Shown here: positions 1 to 9,796 of the stretch, in pieces
Position numbering within the stretch: the first letter of the stretch is position 1
Layout: each line of letters starts with the position of its first letter
NCBI GenBank assembly: GCA_028820655.1
Contig: JAPPIK010000021.1
Location: 30,113-94,112, forward strand
DNA: 64,000 nucleotides
Direction of reading: 5' to 3'
Origin: Candidatus Poribacteria bacterium
Lineage (GTDB): Bacteria > Poribacteria > WGA-4E > JAJDTR01
Position numbers and translations under genes: made by a program
The notes under the pieces: model-generated
What the model was told of the DNA's origin: nothing
Seen by the model: the letters and a program-made list of their open reading frames with translations, nothing else
Database searches by the model: none

Positions 1-1186
1 GCTGCGAAAAAGGGATGGAGGCACAATCAATGTGAGCTTGAATGCCACAACCGTCCGCGATGAAAATGGGAACCCAACCGAGGCACGATTTGATTGGCGT
101 GACACCACCCGTCATGCGGGGGAAATTGACGGCTTGCGCGCCGAGAATCGCCAACTGAAGCAGCGTCTGAGTTCTAACAGACCCCAAAACCCCGAAGTGT
201 TTTCCGAAATTATCACTCAAGATCCCGAAATGTATTCGATTTTTAGTCAAGTCGAGTCCATGGCGGGGAGCAGCAATCCTATGTTGATTACCGGAGAGAC
301 GGGGGTAGGCAAGGAGAAGATTGCGGCGATCGTCCACAAACTGAGCGGAAGACGCGGCGAATTTGTCCCGGTCAATATCGCCGGAGTTGATGACATGCTG
401 TTTTCGGACACCCTTTTCGGTCACGAAAAGGGGGCACACACTGGCGCCGATTCGGCGCGCCACGGGTTGGTTGAACAAGCGTCGGGCGGCACGCTATTCC
501 TTGATGAGATTGGCGACCTCGGTACCGAATCACAAACGAAACTCCTTCGCTTTTTGCAGGAGGGAGAATACCGTCATCTAGGTGAGGACACACCCATTAT
601 AGGCGACGTAAGGATCGTAACGGCAAGCAACCGGACGATTGAATCCCTCAGGGAAAGCGGGAACTTTCGCAGCGACCTCTTCTATCGCCTCGAAATCCAT
701 CATATTCACCTGCCATCGCTGCGTGAGCGGGTGGGGGATGTTCCTTTGCTCCTATCCCATTTTCTCAAGCGAACTGCTGCGGAGCTTAACAAAAAAACGC
801 CTACGCCTCCACCGGAACTTTTTACGTTGCTTGCGACCTACCACTTCCCGGGAAACATCAGGGAGCTTGAAGGGATGGTGATCGATGCCGTTAGCGGGCA
901 CAAAGGGGGTGTCCTCTCTACCGAACCTTTCCGCCTGAAAATTGACGAGCACACTTCCGTTTCTCCCGGAGACGGGGCGCCTGAAGTGGGCGGGATTTCG
1001 TTCTCGGATACCCTGTCACTGTTGCGGGAACTCCCGGCGCTGAAGGAAGTTCAAGACCGCGTGATTGCCGAAGCCCTCGAGCGCGCCGATGGCAATCAGA
1101 CGATTGCGGCTCGACTCTTGGGCATGTCAAAACAGGCGTTAAACAATCGTTTAAACCGCGCGCGAAATTCAAATAAAGTAGGGTGA
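1..1186 (+). CDS. sigma-54-dependent transcriptional activator (bacterial enhancer-binding protein), 5' end cut by the window edge
   Basis: Frame 2 is open from nt 2, so the start is probably upstream. The AAA+ sigma-54 interaction domain is present (GETGVGKE Walker [19 protein letters not shown] Walker B). A C-terminal Fis-type HTH is present ([22 protein letters not shown]). Confidence 0.85.
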   Translation, partial: LRKRDGGTINVSLNATTVRDENGNPTEARFDWRDTTRHAGEIDGLRAENRQLKQRLSSNRPQNPEVFSEIITQDPEMYSIFSQVESMAGSSNPMLITGETGVGKEKIAAIVHKLSGRRGEFVPVNIAGVDDMLFSDTLFGHEKGAHTGADSARHGLVEQASGGTLFLDEIGDLGTESQTKLLRFLQEGEYRHLGEDTPIIGDVRIVTASNRTIESLRESGNFRSDLFYRLEIHHIHLPSLRERVGDVPLLLSHFLKRTAAELNKKTPTPPPELFTLLATYHFPGNIRELEGMVIDAVSGHKGGVLSTEPFRLKIDEHTSVSPGDGAPEVGGISFSDTLSLLRELPALKEVQDRVIAEALERADGNQTIAARLLGMSKQALNNRLNRARNSNKVG

Positions 1187-1364
1187 AACGGAATTTCCTT
1201 TTTCAATCCACTCTTTCCTCTACGTATTCTTCCGTCTTTGCTCTGCAACTGTCGCGCTCAAAGGGAGTCAACATTTGTGGATTTGTCCACTTTTTTTTAC
1301 ATTTACGCAAGCGCGTATGTGGCAAGGGTTCAAGCCCTTTTTGAGCCGATTTTGCCGGGATGTC

Positions 1365-1380
1365 GTCAACAAACGTTGAC
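1365..1380. promoter_or_regulatory. perfect palindrome GTCAAC-N4-GTTGAC, candidate enhancer (UAS) for a sigma-54 activator
   Basis: The palindrome has 6 bp arms and lies about 125 bp upstream of the sigma-54 -24/-12 element at 1496. A second palindrome, GTGGA-N4-TCCAC, is at 1277-1290. Confidence 0.3.
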
Positions 1381-1495
1381 TGCCTTTGTAATTCGCCCGC
1401 CTTATTCTCCTCTCCAGCGCAAAAAGTCCCTGAACCCGCACTACGCCTAGCTTCTACGCCTTCACTAACGTCAAATTGATGTCCGTTTTCGGCTT

Positions 1496-1511
1496 TGGCA
1501 TGGGCTTTGCT
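1496..1511 (+). promoter_or_regulatory. putative sigma-54 (-24/-12) promoter TGGCAT-N5-TTGCT
   Basis: GG at 1497-98 and GC at 1509-10 are separated by exactly 10 nt. The match to the TGGCAC-N5-TTGCW consensus is good. It lies 310 nt downstream of the activator gene and upstream of co-directional genes. Confidence 0.45.
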
Positions 1512-1537
1512 CTGATTTGGGTGAAACTTGGGCTGCT

Positions 1538-1765
1538 ATGGACACTGAAACCAATATGATTAGCAATCTGTTTGAATTTTTCAAATGCGCCTTTCGAGAA
1601 AAGGACGTTGGGAGGTTAATGACTTGCAAATTCGACAATTGCAACCTTCAAATTGCCGGAACACAGTCTTGCCATCGATTTTTCAAGCAGGTTCTAAAGG
1701 ATAAAGATGCGATGTCAATCTATTCGATGTGTAAGCTCGGATTGACACGCTGTTTTCGTGCGTGA
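1538..1765 (+). CDS. hypothetical small Cys-rich protein
   Basis: ORF of 76 aa from ATG 1538, or 82 aa from TTG 1517. It starts about 16 nt after the predicted sigma-54 transcription start. It has several Cys and no recognisable domain. Confidence 0.25.
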   Translation: MDTETNMISNLFEFFKCAFREKDVGRLMTCKFDNCNLQIAGTQSCHRFFKQVLKDKDAMSIYSMCKLGLTRCFRA

Positions 1766-1839
1766 TAACATTGAAAGGAGAATTACCGATGACACCTCGT
1801 AGTTTCACACAATAATACGGCTGCATCGCTGTTCTACTC

Positions 1840-2277
1840 GTGTTGGCGTTGGTCAGCGCCATTCCACTTATTTACGCCCACTCCGTTCAGGTCCCCTGGA
1901 GCGACATACACGACACCTCCGGTTGGGCTTGGGTTGGCGCTGTGGATTACCAAGTTCAAAACGGAAACTTTAACACTAGGTCGGAACACCAGTGCGGCAT
2001 TCTGAACGAGACCGGTGGGGATATCGGTATTCGCGTCGGATATGACCACAAAATTCTTCGAAATGGGCAGGTCGTGGAAAATGACGACTACTCACAAGCC
2101 CTTACAGTGGAAAATAATGAGTATTTTACGACTAGCGACGTACCCGGTCATTACGTAAGAAGTGCGTCTACACCCGTAGGTCCCGGCAATTACACGTTTG
2201 ATGCTTACACCTTGATAGCCTACAGAGGGAACGCACAAGCAAAAGCGACGCATCCTACCGTCGATTTGGAGGATTAA
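1840..2277 (+). CDS. hypothetical protein, possibly exported
   Basis: 145 aa ORF with a GTG start and a weakly hydrophobic N-terminus. No start-codon context or homolog recognised. Confidence 0.3.
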   Translation: MLALVSAIPLIYAHSVQVPWSDIHDTSGWAWVGAVDYQVQNGNFNTRSEHQCGILNETGGDIGIRVGYDHKILRNGQVVENDDYSQALTVENNEYFTTSDVPGHYVRSASTPVGPGNYTFDAYTLIAYRGNAQAKATHPTVDLED

Positions 2278-2291
2278 ATAGGAACCGTTGC

Positions 2292-2322
2292 GAGGGGCAG
2301 CTTTCGTTTGAGGTTGCCCCTC
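2292..2322 (+). promoter_or_regulatory. conserved 5'-leader stem-loop upstream of LamG paralog 1
   Basis: Stem GAGGGGCA/TGCCCCTC around the loop gctttcgtttgaggt, followed by a CU-rich tract containing CCTCC, then GAGGG-N6-ATG. The same architecture is repeated upstream of paralog 2. Confidence 0.35.
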
Positions 2323-2353
2323 TACCTCCAAAACCTTCTCTCGAGGGTACGCC

Positions 2354-3271
2354 ATGACATACTACAAAACGCTTTGGATAATCGTGATCGTTGCCCTTTT
2401 AGTAGCCGCCCCAACCGCCTCGGCTCAGCCTGACGAAGTCCCTCCCGATGTGTTTGAAGCCGCGGTCGACGGATACCTCTACGCCGATTACCCCGGCGTG
2501 TTCGATGACGCCGAAGGAGATGAAGCCTTTGGCGAAGGCATCACAATAGAAATGTGGATCTATTTCACCGAGGTTCCGCCGGAACGGCAGTCACTCCATT
2601 GGGAACACTGGGCTATCGTCGCCAAGCCGGGCAGTTATTTTATTTCGGCGGCTGGAAGAGCTCTTGAAGATTCCGTCGATTCCAGTCTGCCAGAGGGGCA
2701 TACCAGGCTCATCTTTGCAGTGGAGTCAATTTCCGATGACCATGGCTGTTGCAATCGCGGCGTAGGCGGGATGCCGTTAGAGCCCGGAGAATTCCCCTTA
2801 AAGCGCTGGCTTCATATTGCCATGCAGATCGTGGTGAAAAAAGACGGGACACACCGTACAGAATTTATCGACCGCCACGGTGAAGTAAGAAGGCGATTCT
2901 CGGGGCAGATGGGACGCACGGAGGCGCCGCTATATGTTGGAGGCGCGCCAATGGTAACATTCGAGAACGGCGATACATGGAACAATGACTGGGGCAAACC
3001 GGTGTTCGAATCCATGAAAGGCTACATCGACGAGATTCGTATTTCCAAAGGGTGGCGGTATGTCGCCAAGGGGAATATCCACCCCAAGCGCAACTTCCGC
3101 GTTGATAAACGCACCATAGCGCTCTGGCGCTTTGAGGAAGGTCCCGGCGCACCCTTCTATCGCGATTCTTCGGGCAACGATTATACACTTTTTCCCGGCG
3201 GCTCCCTCGACGTTCAACCACTCAGCAAGATGAACATCACTTGGGGAAGCCTTAAACAGGGTAGGTTTTAG
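2354..3271 (+). CDS. secreted LamG/concanavalin-A-like jelly-roll protein with a shared C-terminal TWGxLK tail (paralog 1)
   Basis: N-terminal signal peptide (LWIIVIVALLVAAPTASAQP). LamG-type signature ALWRFEEGPGAPFYRDSSGNDYTLFPGG. About 80% identical to the adjacent paralog. Ends ...PLSKMNITWGSLKQGRF. Confidence 0.85.
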   Translation: MTYYKTLWIIVIVALLVAAPTASAQPDEVPPDVFEAAVDGYLYADYPGVFDDAEGDEAFGEGITIEMWIYFTEVPPERQSLHWEHWAIVAKPGSYFISAAGRALEDSVDSSLPEGHTRLIFAVESISDDHGCCNRGVGGMPLEPGEFPLKRWLHIAMQIVVKKDGTHRTEFIDRHGEVRRRFSGQMGRTEAPLYVGGAPMVTFENGDTWNNDWGKPVFESMKGYIDEIRISKGWRYVAKGNIHPKRNFRVDKRTIALWRFEEGPGAPFYRDSSGNDYTLFPGGSLDVQPLSKMNITWGSLKQGRF

Positions 3272-3330
3272 CGATGTCAAGATGAAAGGAATAAATCGTG
3301 TCCGCCCCCGCTGTTGCGTGCAGAGGAGGA

Positions 3331-3358
3331 GGGAGGCTTTAGTCTGAGGTTGCCTCCC
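3331..3358 (+). promoter_or_regulatory. conserved 5'-leader stem-loop upstream of LamG paralog 2
   Basis: Stem GGGAGGC/GCCTCCC around the loop tttagtctgaggtt (the loop shares TTTGAGGTTGCC with paralog 1), followed by a CU-rich tract and ATG. Confidence 0.35.
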
Positions 3359-3392
3359 CCTTTCTCCCCAAACCTACTCTCAAGGTAACGCC

Positions 3393-4301
3393 ATGACATA
3401 CTACAAGACGCTACTGTTAATCTTACTCGCTGTCCTTTTTGTTGCTGCAAACACCTTCGCCGAACCTGAAGAAGTCCCTCCCGATGTATTCGAAGCCGCT
3501 GCCGATGGCTACCTCTACGCCGATTACCCCGGCGTGTTCGATGACGCCGAAGGCGATGAAGCCTTCGGCGAAGGCGTCACAATCGAAATGTGGGTCTATT
3601 TCACCGAGATTCCGCCCGACCGGCAGTGGCTCCGCCCGTACAACTGGGTAATCGTCGCAAAGCCCGCCAGCTATTTTATTTCGGCGGCTGGAAGAGCTCT
3701 CGAGGACGGCTTTGATGCCAATATGCCGGAGGGGTTTACCAGGGTCACATTCGCAGTGGAGGAGAACACCGAAGGCTGTTGTGGTCGCGGCGAAGGCGGG
3801 ATGAATTATGATCCCGGCGAGTTCCCCTTAAACCGATGGCTTCATATTGCCTTCCAGCTCGTCGTGAAAAAAAGCGGCACACACGACACGACATTTATAG
3901 ACCGCTTCGGCGAGGGAAGCGGGCGTTTTAGCGCACCGATGGGGCGCACCGAGGCGCCGCTATACGTCGGTGGCGCGCCAAAGGTAACATTCGAAAACGG
4001 CGATAAATGGAACGACGACTGGGGGCGCTCGGAGTTCGTATCCATGAAAGGCTACATTGATGAGATTCGCATTTCGAAGGGATGGCGGTATGTCGCCAAG
4101 GGGAATATCCACCCCAAACGCAACTTTCGCGTCGATAAACGCACCATCGCGCTCTGGCGCTTTGAGGAAGGTCCCGGCGCACCCTTCTACCGCGATTCTT
4201 CGGGCAACGACTATACACTCTTCCCCGGTGGCTCCCTCGACGTTCAACCGCTCAGCAAGATGAACATCACCTGGGGAAGTCTAAAACAGGGTGGGTTTTA
4301 G
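3393..4301 (+). CDS. secreted LamG/concanavalin-A-like jelly-roll protein with a shared C-terminal TWGxLK tail (paralog 2)
   Basis: Tandem duplicate of 2354..3271, with a unit length of about 1039 bp. It has a signal peptide and ends ...PLSKMNITWGSLKQGGF. Confidence 0.85.
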   Translation: MTYYKTLLLILLAVLFVAANTFAEPEEVPPDVFEAAADGYLYADYPGVFDDAEGDEAFGEGVTIEMWVYFTEIPPDRQWLRPYNWVIVAKPASYFISAAGRALEDGFDANMPEGFTRVTFAVEENTEGCCGRGEGGMNYDPGEFPLNRWLHIAFQLVVKKSGTHDTTFIDRFGEGSGRFSAPMGRTEAPLYVGGAPKVTFENGDKWNDDWGRSEFVSMKGYIDEIRISKGWRYVAKGNIHPKRNFRVDKRTIALWRFEEGPGAPFYRDSSGNDYTLFPGGSLDVQPLSKMNITWGSLKQGGF

Positions 4302-4303
4302 CT

Positions 4304-4687
4304 ATGCCAAAATGGAAACTATATCTCGTCGAAGCCGCTCCCATCGCCATCGGCGTCGTTTTCCTCCTCGCGATAACTGCCGCTCCCAACATTTCCCTTC
4401 CTGATCGGAAAGACACATTGGAAGCCATCGTCAAAGTACATTTTTGGAGAGAAATCGCCTTTCAGCGGAATATCCCCAAACTGCTCCAACAGCTTTCACA
4501 CGCCAACCTGAAGAAATCAACACAAACAAGCTTTAATCCCGTCCGGTCCCCAGTTTCCACCGATGTATCACGAGCGCATATCATGACAGTCATCAACATT
4601 GACATCAAAAACTCCGATGAAAACCCCATTGAAAAAACCGATTGGCAGACGCAATCGACGCTTTGCGAGAAAACGGCGCACGGTTGA
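4304..4687 (+). CDS. hypothetical protein with an N-terminal membrane anchor
   Basis: 127 aa. The ATG is 2 nt after the LamG2 stop. One N-terminal hydrophobic helix (APIAIGVVFLLAITAAP). Confidence 0.4.
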   Translation: MPKWKLYLVEAAPIAIGVVFLLAITAAPNISLPDRKDTLEAIVKVHFWREIAFQRNIPKLLQQLSHANLKKSTQTSFNPVRSPVSTDVSRAHIMTVINIDIKNSDENPIEKTDWQTQSTLCEKTAHG

Positions 4688-4721
4688 CCCTCACCTACCA
4701 CATGATAAATGAGTAACCGAA

Positions 4722-5216
4722 ATGCTCAACATACCGTCTAGCCGCACTGTCGTCGCCATCATGGGCTTAATCGCAATCCTATACGCTTACGCGCAAAGCG
4801 CCGGGGAGTTACAACCGCTGTTTCTCATTCCTGCCACATTCCTTGCCGGTGCCGCGGCTTGTTACCTTTGGAAAACCGTTGTCCACACTTCACTGGTTTC
4901 CTACGCCGCTCATGCCGGCGCCCTCGGGTTCCTTTGGGCGCTTTATCTGATTTACCGCGAAGATTTTTTAGAAAGGCTGCCGCCCTTCAGCGCGAAAGTG
5001 GCTCCCATTACCCTCTTCTTCTTTCTGGCGTTTAGCGTATTGGTCCTAATTCGCCGTCTATGCCGGCAGGTACGCCCCATGCGTAAGTGGGCGGCCGTGC
5101 TGTTAGCGCTCTACCCCGTTTCTCTGGATTATCGTTACCCTAGCAGTAGAAGATACATCAGACCAAGAATTGCACGGTTTCCACTTCGGGGCGGTCATAG
5201 AAAAAATCAATGTTAA
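4722..5216 (+). CDS. hypothetical small 4-TM integral membrane protein
   Basis: 164 aa with four hydrophobic helices. No recognisable catalytic motif. Confidence 0.4.
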   Translation: MLNIPSSRTVVAIMGLIAILYAYAQSAGELQPLFLIPATFLAGAAACYLWKTVVHTSLVSYAAHAGALGFLWALYLIYREDFLERLPPFSAKVAPITLFFFLAFSVLVLIRRLCRQVRPMRKWAAVLLALYPVSLDYRYPSSRRYIRPRIARFPLRGGHRKNQC

Positions 5217-5667
5217 GGGGATTTCATTGCCTTACCAAATCTACCGCTACCATGCGTCAAAGCGCACCGTTGCGTTGCCAGAGTTGGAACTAAAAAGCAT
5301 CTGCCTCAGTGTAAATGACACTCAATCTTCCGAGATTGAACGAACGGATTTGGTGGAGATTCCTATGCCCGTGTCGGCAGTTCTAGAGGTTATTGATAAG
5401 AAAGGCAGAACACAACATGTCGTACCGCCCACCGTACGATTCGATGGAATACCGCTTGAACCGGAAAAATCGAACCACCGATCAACCGAGCAAATTGAGA
5501 ATTCCATAGGAGATGCGATGGAATCTGATAGAAAACTTGCAGACGGACAACTCATCATAATTTCCAACGACGGCCAGCCCTACGATTGGGACGTGTTCTA
5601 TCTCCTGCCCTCCGCGTCTCATACCCTAGACAATCGCCGTGTAGATAACGAGGGATCAACCAACTGA
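5170..5667 (+). CDS. hypothetical protein
   Basis: 165 aa ORF overlapping the previous ORF by 47 nt. No domain recognised. Confidence 0.25.
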   Translation: MHGFHFGAVIEKINVKGISLPYQIYRYHASKRTVALPELELKSICLSVNDTQSSEIERTDLVEIPMPVSAVLEVIDKKGRTQHVVPPTVRFDGIPLEPEKSNHRSTEQIENSIGDAMESDRKLADGQLIIISNDGQPYDWDVFYLLPSASHTLDNRRVDNEGSTN

Positions 5668-6363
5668 ATAGCGGGGACGATAGAAATCCTGCGGCGACCA
5701 GCAAGTAAATGCCCAAGAATCGCTTTGTCATGACCTTAAACATAGGCCAAGCTATAACAAGATCCCGTCTTTATTGATTTGTCACGACCTACCGCTTCAA
5801 TCCGTGCTCAACGCAACCCACCGCCTTGCCGGCATTCCACTGCACAATTAACCCCTTCAGAAAATCCTCACCCCGCAGCATTCCTAAAATACTCCGGCTC
5901 GATTTGGTGCATCTGTAGGGTGGAATCAGGCGAATAGATAGTGAGTGCGATAGAGATCCCCTTCCCATCAGTGGCTGATCCCCGCAAATAGGCAGGGATC
6001 AAGCGAGCGAACAGACCTAGCGCAGAATGGGGAGTAGGAAGTTCAATCGCGCACTTTATCCAGTCGGTTGATCGATAGAGAATCTGATTTGCGACCACCA
6101 TAAATAATCCCACGCGACAGAGTTTCCATAGCAATCCCACAATCAATGGCGCTAAATTGCGCCCAGCGGTTTTAGGTTGTTACTCTTAAAAATGGTTCAT
6201 AAAGCAGCACGGTTCAAAATCACTCGACCACTATTCCAGCAGCTCAATTCAAAAGGAACTAGCCGCGTTGTCCCTGTTGGAACGTGTAAGCCACTTGCGA
6301 ATCCACCCGCAAATGTGATAGAATATCAATTCAAAAACTCAGAAAAATCCAATTCGTTGAGAG

Positions 6364-7386
6364 GTGTATACTTACGTGAGGGAACATCATCGTATTGCAA
6401 TTGTCGGCGCAACGGGCGCTGTCGGCAATACACTCATGTCCATTTTGGAGGAGAGAGCGTTTCCATACGCTGCTCTCAAGTTGCTGGCTTCGCACAGATC
6501 CGCAGGCGAGATTCTCGCATTCAAAGACCAGCCGATCATGGTTGAAGAATTGACCCATGATTCGTTTGATGATGTCGATCTCGTGTTTTCGTCCGCCGGC
6601 TCAGCCATCAGCAAGGAGTTTATTCCAACCGCAGTCGACAAGGGGTGTCTCGTAATCGACAACACCAGCGCGTTTCGCATGGACGCGGATACACCTCTGG
6701 TAGTTCCGGAAGTTAACATGGGCGCGGCGATCAAACACAATGGCTTGATTGCCAATCCGAACTGTTCAACCATTCAGATGGTGGTCGCTCTCAAACCCAT
6801 CTACGACCGTGTCGGGATAAAGCGAATTGTCGTCTCGACGTATCAGAGTGTGTCGGGCAAAAGCGGTTCGGCGGTGATTGAGTTGGTAGAGCAGACAACG
6901 GCGGCGCTGGAAGGACGCCCGATCGAGCCGGATAAGTTTCCGCATCAGATGGCGTTTAACGTGGCATTCGACTGGCCGTTTACCGACAGCGGAGACAGTG
7001 AAGAGGAAATGAAGATGGTCAACGAGACGCGGAAGATTCTGGAAGATGACACGATTGCCGTGTCCGCGACGACGGTTCGCGTGCCGGTTTTCTTCGCTCA
7101 TTCCGAATCCATCAATGTGGAAACCGAGGACAAGCTTTCCCCGGAAGATGCGCGTCAACTACTGTCGGAATCTCCCGGCGTAGTGGTAACGGACGATCCG
7201 GCGAAGGGATCGTACCCGCTCGCGGTTGACGTTGCGGGAAAAGATGAAGTGTATGTCGGACGCATTCGAGAGGATCGCTCGATCGAAAATGGACTCAATC
7301 TCTGGGTCGTCGCCGACAATCTCCGAAAGGGCGCCGCCCTCAATGCTATCCAGATTGCCGAAACGCTTGATCGCATAAGTGTGTAA
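6364..7386 (+). CDS. asd: aspartate-semialdehyde dehydrogenase
   Basis: N-terminal NAD(P)-binding motif IAIVGATGAVG. Active-site region NPNCSTIQMV. Typical Asd length (340 aa). Confidence 0.9.
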   Translation: MYTYVREHHRIAIVGATGAVGNTLMSILEERAFPYAALKLLASHRSAGEILAFKDQPIMVEELTHDSFDDVDLVFSSAGSAISKEFIPTAVDKGCLVIDNTSAFRMDADTPLVVPEVNMGAAIKHNGLIANPNCSTIQMVVALKPIYDRVGIKRIVVSTYQSVSGKSGSAVIELVEQTTAALEGRPIEPDKFPHQMAFNVAFDWPFTDSGDSEEEMKMVNETRKILEDDTIAVSATTVRVPVFFAHSESINVETEDKLSPEDARQLLSESPGVVVTDDPAKGSYPLAVDVAGKDEVYVGRIREDRSIENGLNLWVVADNLRKGAALNAIQIAETLDRISV

Positions 7387-7635
7387 GAAGGCTTCGACAA
7401 TTTGATTCCTTGAAGTTGATGTCTCCCCGATTTCTCCACCGTTTACGCTTTAGAGGGCCCACACAATCCCTGTTAGCGGCGTAACAGAAGGAAACCGAAT
7501 GCGGCGGAACATTGACTGAGTAGAGGGAATGTTGGCGATTTGGGCGTCACGCTCGTAGAGTAATTCATTGAGCGCAGTTGATGTGGTTCGTAATATTCGG
7601 AACGAGTTTGGTGAATATGCAAGGAAAGGTACATA

Positions 7636-8502
7636 ATGGCACAACGGGACTACTATGAGGTGCTCGGCGTGAGTCGGGACGCATCTCCCGACGAAATAAA
7701 AAAAGCGTATCGCAAACTTGCCGTCAAATATCATCCTGACAAGAATCCGGGAAACGCCTCGGCGGAAGAAAAATTCAAAGAAGCCTCCAACGCTTACGAA
7801 GTGCTGTCTGATCCGAAGAAGCGCCAGATCTACAATCAGCGTGGACACGCGGGCGTTAACGATATGGGATTTCACGGATTTACGAACACAGAGGACATTT
7901 TCTCGAATTTTGGCGATATTTTCGGGCGCACGGTCTTCGGAAATTTTGGCGACGTCTTTGGGGATGTGTTCAACCGCCGAGGGCCCGGCACGCCTCAAGC
8001 ACAAGCGGTGGATACGCGCACCAAATTGACGATTTCGTTCATGGAGTCCGTGTATGGAACCGAAAAACGGGTGAACGTCGAGGGCAGAGATATCACAATC
8101 AAAATACCGGCGGGCATAAAAGACGGGCAGACTCTCCGGCTCCAGGGGCAGGGCGGGCGAGCATTTAGCGGCCGACAAACGGGTTCACTGTTGGTCACAA
8201 TCTCTGTTGAACCTCACCCGGATTTTCAACGCGAAGGGTTGGACCTCATCACGCAGGTTTCCATTCCTTTTACGCTCGCGGCGCTTGGCGGGAAGGTACC
8301 CGTACCGACCTTAACCGGAAAAATCAACTTAACAATACCCCAAGGAAGCCAACCGGGATCGCAATTGCGTCTGCGGGGCCAAGGCATAGTTGATTCCGCG
8401 GGGAGGAAGGGCGATTTGCGGGTATTGGTTCAGATAGAGATTCCGAAAGCGTTAACTCGGAAACAGAAAGAACTGCTCAACGAGTTCGACGAGACGCTGT
8501 AA
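7636..8502 (+). CDS. DnaJ-class J-domain chaperone without a zinc finger (CbpA-like)
   Basis: J domain (DYYEVLGV...KYHPDKNP) and a Gly/Phe-rich region (NFGDIFG). The CxxCxGxG zinc-finger repeats are absent. Two C-terminal beta domains. Confidence 0.8.
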   Translation: MAQRDYYEVLGVSRDASPDEIKKAYRKLAVKYHPDKNPGNASAEEKFKEASNAYEVLSDPKKRQIYNQRGHAGVNDMGFHGFTNTEDIFSNFGDIFGRTVFGNFGDVFGDVFNRRGPGTPQAQAVDTRTKLTISFMESVYGTEKRVNVEGRDITIKIPAGIKDGQTLRLQGQGGRAFSGRQTGSLLVTISVEPHPDFQREGLDLITQVSIPFTLAALGGKVPVPTLTGKINLTIPQGSQPGSQLRLRGQGIVDSAGRKGDLRVLVQIEIPKALTRKQKELLNEFDETL

Positions 8503-8544
8503 CCCAAGCATCATCGCCCTACCAACCAGGAGGAATACATCTGC

Positions 8545-9732
8545 ATGCTTTCACTCTCGCAGCGGAGCGAGAACGTTGCTCCCTCGGAAACGTTAGCGAT
8601 TACCGCGAAGATAAACTCAATGCAGGCACAAGGCATTGATGTCATCAAATTTGCCGCAGGCGAGCCTGATTTCGACACACCCGAATACATTAAAGATGCC
8701 GCAATCGAATCGTTGCGAAACGGTTTTACCAAATATACTCCGGTTCCCGGCATCGCGGCGTTGAGAGAAGCGATTGTCGAGAAATTCAAGAGAGACAACA
8801 ATTTACACTATTCCCCGTCTCAGATTATTGTGTCGTGCGGCGCCAAGCACTCCATTTACAATATCTTACAGGCAATCTGTAATCCGGGAGACGAGGTTGT
8901 ATTTGCCGCACCCTATTGGGTCAGCTACCCGGAGATAGTGAAGCTATCGGATGCCAAACCGATCGTCGTGGAGACAACCGCCGGCCAGAACTTTTGCATG
9001 AAGCCGGAACAGATCGAAAGCGTATTATCGGATAGAACAAAGGCGATTATCATCAGCAGCCCAAGCAATCCGACCGGAACCGTCTATGACGCCGCAACCC
9101 TCTCGCAAATCGGGGAACTTGCACTTGAGCGCCAATGCTACGTCATTTCCGATGAAATCTACGAATCGCTCCTCTATGACGATTTAAGGCATCAAAGTAT
9201 TGCATCGCTCGATGAAGCCGTTCAGGGAATCACCTTCGTTGTCAACGGCGTGTCGAAAGCCTATTCCATGACCGGTTGGCGTATCGGATACACGGCAGGA
9301 CCGGAAAAAGCGGTTCAAGCCATGTCGCGAATTCAATCGCACAGCACTTCCAACCCAACATCGATCGCGCAGATTGGCGCACTGACCGCGCTGACCGCCT
9401 CCCAGGAAGCGGTCGAGGAAATGCGAAGGGCGTTTGAGGAGCGGCGAAATGTAATATGCCAGCGATTTGACGAAATTGATGGCATTACATACGCCAAACC
9501 CCAAGGCGCGTTTTACATTTTTCCGGATGTTTCCTCGCACTATGGACGCAACATCAACGGGAAAACCGTGAACGGGTCTGTGGAGATGACGGCTTTCTTG
9601 CTAGACAGCGCAAGGGTCGGCGTGATTCCGGGAAATGCGTCGGGCGCCGACAACCATCTGCGGCTGTCTTTTGCGACTTCGCTGGCAGAGATAAACAGCG
9701 GTATGGATAGGATTAAGGAAGCGCTTGCCTAA
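8545..9732 (+). CDS. class I/II pyridoxal-phosphate aminotransferase (aspartate aminotransferase-like)
   Basis: PLP-lysine region SKAYSMTGWRIGY. Overall AspAT-family layout (395 aa). Confidence 0.85.
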   Translation: MLSLSQRSENVAPSETLAITAKINSMQAQGIDVIKFAAGEPDFDTPEYIKDAAIESLRNGFTKYTPVPGIAALREAIVEKFKRDNNLHYSPSQIIVSCGAKHSIYNILQAICNPGDEVVFAAPYWVSYPEIVKLSDAKPIVVETTAGQNFCMKPEQIESVLSDRTKAIIISSPSNPTGTVYDAATLSQIGELALERQCYVISDEIYESLLYDDLRHQSIASLDEAVQGITFVVNGVSKAYSMTGWRIGYTAGPEKAVQAMSRIQSHSTSNPTSIAQIGALTALTASQEAVEEMRRAFEERRNVICQRFDEIDGITYAKPQGAFYIFPDVSSHYGRNINGKTVNGSVEMTAFLLDSARVGVIPGNASGADNHLRLSFATSLAEINSGMDRIKEALA

Positions 9733-9796
9733 TGGCGCATGCAGTGACCGAGAACACCGCGCCTTCGTCCTGTGCAACAACCAAGGAATCGCACAT

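Noticed and set aside
7450-8178. 242 aa ORF on the minus strand
   Set aside because: It is entirely antisense to the well-supported J-domain (CbpA-like) gene and has no domain. It is a shadow ORF.
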